Origin: Chlorokybus atmophyticus
Lineage: Eukaryota; Plantae; Mesostigma and Chlorokybus algae
Assembly (NCBI GenBank): GCA_009103225.1
Contig: RHPI01003798.1
Span: 1-55,779 of the forward strand
DNA length: 55,779 nt
Direction of reading: 5' to 3'
Shown: positions 1 through 8,287 of the stretch, in pieces
How the letters are laid out: each line of letters begins with the position of its first letter
Position numbering within the stretch: position 1 is the first letter of the stretch
Notes under the pieces: generated by a model
The model's input: only the letters and a program-made list of their open reading frames with translations
The model's database searches: none
Told to the model about the DNA's origin: nothing
Program-made: the position numbers and the translations under genes

Positions 1-494
1 TAATAGACTGTATAATCCCGTTGGGACCCTTATTTAATCCTAAATAAGGGCGGGGAACCTCTATGGAGGTAGCACACCGTTACAGACAGTAACCCACCTT
101 TGTTATGCCAGTCTTGTTTGGTCCCTTCAATCATGTCGCCGTGGTTACAGCTGCTGGTGGGTTGGATGTTCTTAGAGGCAGTATTGTGGTGTGCCTTTGC
201 CCACTCGGAGGGGGAGCCCTGTAAGATATCGCCCGAGTTACTGTTGTTATTGGCTGTGCCCTTGGTAGGCATGGTGGGGTTTGACACCAAGGACACCCCT
301 CCGACACCCTGCCCGCCCTGTGCGAACATGGAGTTCATCCCAAACCTCGACCACAATGCCCACTACGCCCCTGGCAGCGCCGCCAACGATCCACCAAACG
401 CCACATACCCTCGGCATTACGCCCCTGTAAGGGCATAGCTTGGTGGAGCTATCAATGGTGTTTTCATACGCAGGGACTGGAATTGTCAAACTTG

Positions 495-642
495 TCAATG
501 GTACGAACTGCCATTGCAACTGTATAAAGGTACCATTTCAATGGTACCTTTTGGCAAATGCATCTTCGTACCATTGAAGTGGTTCAATCAGGATATTTAT
601 GCAGAGACGTGCAATGGCTTGATTGTACCATAATAATGGTAC
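495..642. repeat. Nested palindromic AATGGTAC/GTACCATT motif cluster, probable subterminal transposase-binding sites
   Basis: TCAATGGTACGAA (495-507) pairs with TTCGTACCATTGA (565-577). Inside them is the perfect hairpin AAGGTACCATT-tc-AATGGTACCTT (527-550). A third pair, GTACCAT-aata-ATGGTAC, lies at 625-642. Confidence 0.8.
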
Positions 643-1129
643 GACGAAGCCAGTGAATGGCGGCCAAGTTTTCCGCCTCTGACATGTAAGGGTAGCGGTG
701 TGGCGGCGGCGGTGGCGGTGGCGGCGGCGGTGGCGGCTGTGCGTGTTGCTGGATATGATGCAGGCTACATTGGCGACGCCTGTGTCGACATCAGTAGTGA
801 GCTATGGGAGTCCTTTGTTCGTTTTGCCACATGCGCTTTGCCCCACGCAGCTCGGTCTACATGCACATTATTAGCAGCAGGGTGTGCAAGCAAATCAAGT
901 TGTATGTCGGCCAGCGTCTATTACAGTACGATGCGGGTCATGTTGAACCGGGGCACTCAAACCAGGATGCGCACATGCTTGATGCTGATTCCTCTAGGAG
1001 ACACACGCACAGCAGCAACATGAGGAGGAGGAAGCGAACGAGGGCTTTCGATGTGTGCGTGTGCATGAGAAACTTGTGACACGCCAACATGGAAGTGGAG
1101 GCGTCCCTTCGCACGCGTCGGAATTCAGG

Positions 1130-2660
1130 TGGTATGGCTCGGAGCATGCTCTTGCAGCGGCATTCGTGCAGTGCAACAACGGCCAAGGCCTAACGGCCAA
1201 GGCCTAACGGCCAAGGACATGGGGCGGATCATCAAGTGCATCTGAAATGCACACTTCCTGACGGAAGAGCTCCAGTGGGAGACCGATGTGCATGTGGCCA
1301 GCTACCTCCGGACCTCGATTGCTTTCTCTCAGTCTGAGGTGTGTTCACAGTGTGCGGTGCATGTGCTTCAACCAACAGAGCCATGTCACATATGCACATG
1401 CGAGTGTGCTGCCGTATCAAAACTACGTGACGGCTGACCTGTGCAAGCCTGGAGACCTGAGGATCAGGACATCAGCGTCACATATATGCCGGCCAAGGTC
1501 TGTGAAATGCAGTACTCAATGCAGTATCGATGCAGTATTTATTCCGAGGCCAGCATGCCTGTTAATGCTCTTGGTCGGAGGTATGGCTCGCGTGGTTGTA
1601 TGGCAATCCACATGCCGCTAATGGCTTCAATCTCCAGTACAGTGGTGACGAGCACATTTTTGGCCATCCTTTCACGGCAATGGTGGAAGGATGTGGAGGT
1701 GGATTTGAGGAGAGAGGTGGGGGAAGCGTCCTACTTGGCGCCTGCCATTCTGTACAGTGACAAGACCACGCTGGACAGCGCGGGCAAGCGCTCTGGCTAC
1801 CCTCTAATGGCATCGCTTGCCAACTACAATTGGGACATGTATGCTAGCAACATGGGGTTGTTATGATAGCGCTTCTGCCGGTGGTTCACGCAGTGGCCGG
1901 GCATCCCACCTGGGCGCAAGGCAAGGAATCGTTCTCAATTTGAAAACGTGAGATTTTTCATCACGCTTTAAATGTAGTGTTAGGGGATGTGAAGCGGGCG
2001 AGCTGTGAAGGTCTGCAACTCATCGACCTGAATGGCATCGAGCGTTATGTGTTTCCCGAGCTTGCCAACTACATCAGCGACTTGCAGGTAGTGGGCATGC
2101 ATGGTTGTAACCGGATGCAGCCTGCTGGCAAACAGTGCATGGAGGATGTTGTCAGTAGAGCATCTGAGTTTGTCGTGTTGCAGGAGACTGCCACACTCGC
2201 ATGCACTATGTCGGGCAACCAAAAACGACATCCTTGCGATATTTGTCTCGTCACCAAATCAATTTATTGAAGATGGATCAGGACCAGGAATTGAGAACCG
2301 AGGCTTTCTACACACCAGCGATACGTCAGCTGCGTGCGGACCTGCATAGCGGTGTTAGAAATGCACGCCAGACAACCAACGCTTTTAACGAGCAGCACTC
2401 TATGCATGTTGAGGAGGTTATGGTTAAATTACCGGCATTCGTGAGGATGAATGAATTTCCGTGAAATCAGGCAATGTTTGTTTGGCAACATAATGCACTG
2501 TGGGGTTGGCGACAGTCGCAAGTGCCGGGAGGTGACTGCTACTCTCGTCTTGCCCCTGACGCAATGCATGTGCTGGGAGGCATCATTGACCACCTGCTTG
2601 CTGCTGTGTACGGCACTGAGAAGGAACGATTGCGTCCATCCATGAGACAGATTCTGCAGG
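1130..2660 (+). pseudogene. Plavaka transposase pseudogene (spliced, with frameshifts and stops)
   Basis: Ordered Plavaka-like motifs across frames: WWKDVEVDLRREVGEASYLAPAILYSDKTTLDSAGKRSGYPLMASLAN; MIALLP; KREIFHHALNVVLGDVKRASCEGLQLIDLNGIERYVFPELANYISDLQ; HPCDICLV; RLAPDAMHVLGGIIDHL. Lesions: extra 14-bp unit (AACGGCCAAGGCCT at 1178-1205), TGA at 1243 and 1941, frameshifts near 1855 and 2260. Confidence 0.8.
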
Positions 2661-2829
2661 CCAGGCACGTCTTTGGTGTTGCTTTTGTGTTAAACATAAA
2701 AGCCAACGACACATGCTCACAAGCAGATGTGCACAGGCTGCATACACTGTGCACGTTGTTCTTCTTTCTCAACTGTGAGGGTTGCATCTTTCATGCCTGG
2801 CAGAATGACTCATGTGGTTGTGCTTGCAG

Positions 2830-4294
2830 AGGGTCGGTTGGAAACCCTAACCCAAACGCATTTGGCCGTAACGTGGCAACCTCGGCCGTCAGCAACCCTT
2901 CCCCAAGCAAGTGGAAGATTGGCAACGAGGTAAGCACTGTGTGACACTGTGAAACTGTGTGTATGTGTGTAACGGATTGTTCTTTTGTGGACAGAATTTG
3001 CGAGATGCCGTCGTCGAAATCATAAACGGCCACTGGGTAGAGAGCCACGTTTATCCCAAGGAGGACAGTATTCGTAACGTCATGTGTCAAGTGCTGTGAA
3101 TGCTTCATGACCTCACTGTACCGTGACACTGACCAACCTGCCCGTGACAGGTAGTTGGCTTTGACTATAACGACGAGGCCGATGCGGCCAATATCTATAG
3201 GTGTCCTGGACGCCCAAGGAGTGCCCCTTCCACTGGAGTGTCGCCTTGAAGAAAACTACGCAGGTGCGGTCTGAGAACGTCACCAAGATCAAGCATGTCC
3301 TCGAGAAGGAGTACAAGTGGACACTATTTAACAGTAAGCGCAAGTGAGTTGGGTCCCTCACCACCATGTCTGCTATGCAACACTGCCTTCTTACTCAGCC
3401 TCCATACACACGTACGCATCTCGCATATTGTAACCGATTCAATTAGGCACATCGACGCCCCTATGGACCCCGAGACCCAAAAAGCACAGATGCGCAACGC
3501 GCTTCAAAATAAGTCACAGGCACCATTCTAGCCTGGTGCAGGCTCAACTTGAACTATTTATATCATGACCAATGCCTTGTTGGTATGACTGTCGCAGACA
3601 AGTTATGGCGGAGATTTGAGGTGACCGACAATGCAGACCCGGAGCGGAGGAGATACATCCATGAATGGGGCAATCCCATAATCTGGCAAATGATCGTGCA
3701 ATGCTGGTCTTACGTCGTCACTACACCTGGTTGCTGGCAGCTGAAAGTCAACCACCTCGCATACCTGTTGCTTACGGTGAGCACTCTGAACTCAATCATT
3801 GGCAATTCAGGAATGCTGTAGCCCCAAACTACAGGCTTGCAGACGCGCTACAGTGAATACTATTACTAGTAGTGGCTTTCGATGCCACTAAGACATGCCT
3901 GTAAACTACGCAGGTGGAGCGCATCCTAAAGGGCAAGGATGGAGACTCTCTCCTAGCTGCCAGCATCGACGCACATGAAGAGTACCTCAGCAAAATCAGT
4001 ACCATAATCATGTCAATGAAGCGGGAGATGAGGCAACGGTACGCAGCCCTCCAACCATTCACCCTTGTGAAACGCAGCACTGCATCTTATGTAGAATACT
4101 TGAAAGATACCAATCGGTGCCGGCCGCAAGAGACAGCAGCTCGTGACCCGCTCGCTGAGGCAGAAGCGGCATTTGATTGGCTGGCACAACCGTTTGAAGA
4201 GGAAGAGCAAGCTCCGGCGTCTCCTCCACAAGCCCCAGCGCGTGGTGCTTTGTTCCATGATGACGAGCGAAGCGATGATGGAGAGGAGCTGTAG
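2830..4294 (+). pseudogene. Transposon accessory or C-terminal multi-exon coding region (left copy)
   Basis: GT-AG exons 2830-2929, 2995-3078, 3151-3343, ~3448-3510, ~3596-3713 and ~3914-4294 (last exon VERILKGKDG...DDGEEL*). These are conserved in the inverted copy; the 126-aa last exon differs at 16 positions. A 1-nt frameshift lies near 3195 relative to the right copy. Confidence 0.65.
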
Positions 4295-4710
4295 TGCAGT
4301 TGGTAGTCCGTTTAGCTGGTCGTGTACATAGCTGCAAGGCTCTTGTGACTAAGTGTTGTGCATCTTAAACCAGCTCAGTCAATCGTCATTATGCTCATGC
4401 ATATCAATACTTGCATCCCTACAATATACAACAGGACTACAGGCATTCGAGTCACATAATCGAACTACAAGCCTTGGCAAGTGACTGAGAGACACTGTAC
4501 ACATTTCACGTACCTGTACGGCACAGGCACATCATGATGGCAGTCAGCGACAGTCGCGTGTAGTCATGCTATGCAAATACATATAACGACAATTAGGCAT
4601 CAGTCACCTTTGGTTGCTTAACGAATGCCTTATTTTATCGTTAATTACCTAGTTGATGCTTGTGAATCAGGTTTAGTCGCCTGCGCTGGACTAGTGTGTA
4701 ACCTGCAGGT

Positions 4711-5028
4711 GCCTGTCACATAGGCTGAGTCACCTACGTAAGATTGATGTGTAATTTGCAAGTGCCTGCTAATTAGGTGTAGTCACCTGTTAAAGCCTGA
4801 TGTGTAACTTACAAGTGCCCGTTGATTAGTTGTAGTCACCTGATAAGGCCTGATAAGTATTTAGCGGGTACCTGTTAATTAAGTGTAGTCACCTGTTAAG
4901 GCCTTATAAGTAACTAGCAGGTGGCTGTTAATTGGGCATAGTCACCTGTTAAGGCCTGATAGGTAACTAACAAGCGCCTGTTAATTAGGCATAGTCAACT
5001 GTTAAAGACAAAATTGTAACTAAAAGGC
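4711..5028 (+). repeat. 53-bp tandem array, 6 degenerate units
   Basis: Units start at 4711, 4764, 4817, 4870, 4923 and 4976. Consensus is approximately GCCTGTTAATTAGGYRTAGTCACCTGTTAAGGCCTGATRNGTAACTAACARGT. Confidence 0.9.
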
Positions 5029-5595
5029 CTGATACTAACGGAAGTTACTATTAGGTCCATGTATCGAGATTACAGGTGGACTGAACCACGACAGTAGTAT
5101 TCTTAGGTGCACGGCCGTTGCCAATATATAGTCGGCCGGCAAGGGAAACATATTGCGACGATGGCATGTTTACCGTGCACATGCAATTGAACAATCGTTG
5201 GTTCAGTAGTTGCCAATGGCAATCGCGATTCGCAAGCTTGATGTGTTCGCACTACCATTTGTAAGCTATATAAACGCATGTATTACCCGTTTAATTTATA
5301 ATTGCTTCGTTCGCTGTAATAATATAAAGACACAATTGTAGGCGGCCAGTAGCAGCCTACAACTCAATAATATATATCGTTCACTTTTATTATTATTAAG
5401 CGGCTGAAGCAGCACAGTAGGCCCCTGGTTTGTTAACCTTAGATAATAATTTAACGACATCTACATTTAAGGTGTAGTTGAAGTGTACATGGCATATACA
5501 CAAAATGATGTAAAGGTGCGCAGCCGTTGCGCAGCGCGCAAATTCATCACAGAAACGATAAGTGCAATTACATCATTAATAACAGACAAGTCATC

Positions 5596-5872
5596 AATGG
5601 CCTATGTGTTTTTTATCAACCCAATTCATTATTGATATAATTCAAATTCGTAACACACGACAAGTAGGGAGGAACAATGTCTGAAAGTTGAATGGCCTAT
5701 GTGTTTTTGGTCAATCCAATTTACCATTGATATGAATCAAACTCGTAATATACGACAACTAGAGAGGAAAAAAGTTGAATAGCCTATTTGTTTTGGTTCA
5801 ACTCAATTTATGAGTGATATGATGCAAACTCGTAATATACGTCAAGTAGGGAGGAACAATGTCTGAAAGTTG
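5596..5872 (+). repeat. ~87-95-bp AT-rich tandem repeat, 3 units
   Basis: Units start at 5596, 5691 and 5778 (AATRGCCTATKTGTTTT...TCGTAAYAYACG.CAAGTAGGGAGGAACAATGTCTGAAAGTTG). The middle unit lacks about 8 nt. Confidence 0.85.
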
Positions 5873-6900
5873 AACAAGTTATCTTGCAGTGCAACTGCCT
5901 GGTGTTGATTGAACACAAGTTGAGCCCTTTCAAGTAGACATCCATAAAAACACTTCTCAAATTTATGTCTTTACCTAAATGTCCTTAAAATCACTTTACG
6001 TGTTTACGTGTCAACTTGTGCCCTCGTTCACAATTATGATCATCTTAAACAAAGCTTATGATCTTTACATGCTTTGTGCTTGGATCTATTAGATTGCAAA
6101 TTGCAGCTTGCAGTCCTATTTGCATTATGCGCAAATGCTGGTAGTGCATGCGCACACTTACGCATTCGAAAAATGGTGATCGATGTTTATACGTGATAAG
6201 CCTTAATGCATTACTTTTTCAGTCATGTGTGCTTAATGCACGCAAGGTGCAACAACAGTTGTCATTCATACGTCATTCATACACATGCATAGTGCAATGT
6301 AAACAATAACTCTCATGCATTTATTATATGATTGCTTTGTCATTCATCATTACTCAATTGACAAGTGCGCAAGTCAATTGCATGGCTTCTGCCCTGTACA
6401 TCATGATCAAGATGGGTTCGACTTGCGTACCCAGGTAATGACACAACACATGCACCCATCTTGACACTATGGACCACTTGTATACCAGTATACTGGCGGT
6501 TGGTCCCTAATCTTGCTGCAACCGTAATATCGTATCCCTGTCTCATGAAAATCGAGGCCGTTCCTGCAACCGTTCGTCACCAATGCAACGCACAACTTCC
6601 GCGTCGCTTCAGTCCCTCCTGTAACCGCCCCCAAACGGCAAAACAAGTCACGTTGCCTGGGGGCAACTCAGCTGAACTTGCCCCGATTGAGACATGCTAG
6701 GTCACAGCTTACAGCTGTTGACGGCACGTTTGCGTCACTAACGCGACCCTCCGATGTTCGTGAGGCGCCTGGACTTCCGCATCTGGGCTTGGAAGTGCAG
6801 TTGTGGTTAAAATCGCGCCCCCGGCACTCATGACAAGCACTGCCTGCCTCATGCGATTGCGATTTTTTTGTGATCAAAAACCAGTTGAAAAGGCCAGGCG
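5808..6900 (-). pseudogene. Decayed reading frame, tentatively TET/JBP-like 2OG-Fe(II) dioxygenase
   Basis: The frame of ORF 6340-6546 continues upstream through scattered stops and contains ACVVSLPGYASRTHLDHD (HxD at 6414-6406). A candidate downstream exon at 5983-5808 reads HLGKDINLRSVFMDVYLKGLNLCSINTRQLH...R. This is a by-eye motif match only. Confidence 0.25.
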
Positions 6901-8287
6901 ACCTAGGTTAAAAGTTGTGGCTTTGTCAGTCACTGACAGGCAGCACGTTGGGAGATGGACCGTCCGAATGAGCCTTGGACCAGACTCCAACCGCCGCTGC
7001 ACACAGGTAAGTCAGCGGTCCAGAGCCTTTTGTCCGATGCTTGAAGCGCTTTCCGACCGGCAGAACTGCTGCCCGCCGCTGCTGACAGCCTGAGCCAGGC
7101 TGCGCTTCTGCCGGCAGAACAGTGCGCAACTCGGAGGTTTTGTGTTCGATGCTGACAAGGTGCAAAAGTGCGCGTGTTTTGACGGGACGGACTTTTACCG
7201 GTACGGTTAGATGACGGCGGTCAGGTCTGGCTCAGGCAAAACTTGCGCAGCACAGCTCGGTCAGCGTTCGAGGTTTATACCGGAGGCGTTGTACAGAGCT
7301 GAAAGGGTCTCATCAGTTAAGGGTGCGTTTTAGCCCCATGAGCTGATAAGCTAGTGGCCTCCACACTTCTGGTTCAGAGCATACACCGCTTGCTGCTGCT
7401 GCACGTTGCCAGCGGAGACGGGGCTGAGGCAGGCGGCGGCGACGGCGGCGGCGGTGACGGTGGAGGGGAAGCTCGAAGGGGAAGGGGTGTGGCGCAGCTG
7501 GATTTAGTGGCATGGTGGGCGGTTCTGGTTGAGGTGCGGGAGGCGTGAAGTAAGCTGCGGGAGACGGCGTGTTTTCTGATGGGGAAAAGTGCCGCGTGTC
7601 ATGCGGGCGGCGCTGCCGGCGGCTGTTGAGGTGGGCTGGGCATGCGTGGATGGTTGTTTCGGGTGTGCGCAAATTGTCGGTGACGCTGCATATGCTTGCT
7701 AGTCACTGATCGCACGCTTGGTTTTCACGGTTGATGGGCCATTAGGCTGGCTCTGCTGTTACCGTGCGGTGGACGCCAGCAGAGCTGCCCTTGTTGAGGC
7801 GACATTGATGAGCATGCGACGATTTTGCTGTAGTGCCTCGGTAGTTGGCGGTTGCAGACGTAGGTTAGGGGTAAGCATGCGCGTTTCCTCTGCGGGTTGT
7901 AAGGGCGGCGGCAGTGTTTCGTTGGTTGCGCTTGCGTCTGAGTGCAAGCTGTAGTTGCTGGACATATACGCAAGCTCTTGAGATGCCTATATCACTTTGG
8001 CCGTGAAGTGTGCGCTGCCTGATAGTTGCAGTTATAACAGTAGCAGCAGCGTGGATGAAGCGAGCAAAAGCCAATGATAAAAAAGCTCACAATCATGCCT
8101 GCTATCCGGAGAAAGAACTGGCGGTATGGCCTTGCTGGCTTCATCTATGCAGTGATGGTGCAAATTAGCGTCATTCGTTGTTCTGTGAATTGTGTCGCAG
8201 TATATGTGACATTTCTATAGAACCATGCCGACAATTAGTGCATGTCTGTTTCCCAACGTTTTATGGTTAATGCAGTTGGAGGCTAAA

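Larger units (their letters stand above)
480..5160 (+). mobile_element. Plavaka-type (CACTA/EnSpm-related) DNA transposon, left copy, decayed; left boundary uncertain
   Basis: Contains transposase motifs (next feature). Bases 2777-5160 are homologous, inverted, to 55779-53225. Homology ends at ...GGGAAACATATTGCGAYG, which fixes a shared right boundary. A palindromic motif cluster lies at 495-642 and a 53-bp array at 4711-5028. Confidence 0.8.

Noticed and set aside
1-110. LTR start (AAAGGTGGG...TGTAACGG on the minus strand)
   Set aside because: The PPT is weak and not adjacent to the TG, and no gag/pol motifs or second LTR are present in the window.
4711-5028. 53-bp and ~95-bp arrays as CRISPR arrays
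   Set aside because: The units are contiguous degenerate tandem repeats with no unique spacers, there are no cas genes, and the context is eukaryotic.
440-5260. Terminal inverted repeats and target-site duplication for the left element
   Set aside because: No CACTA/CACTG termini and no reverse complement of the shared right end (CRTCGCAATATG) were found near the left side, so the termini remain undefined.
7211-7250. MTAVRSGSGKT as a Walker A motif
   Set aside because: It lies in a short stop-flanked frame with no Walker B or other helicase motifs.
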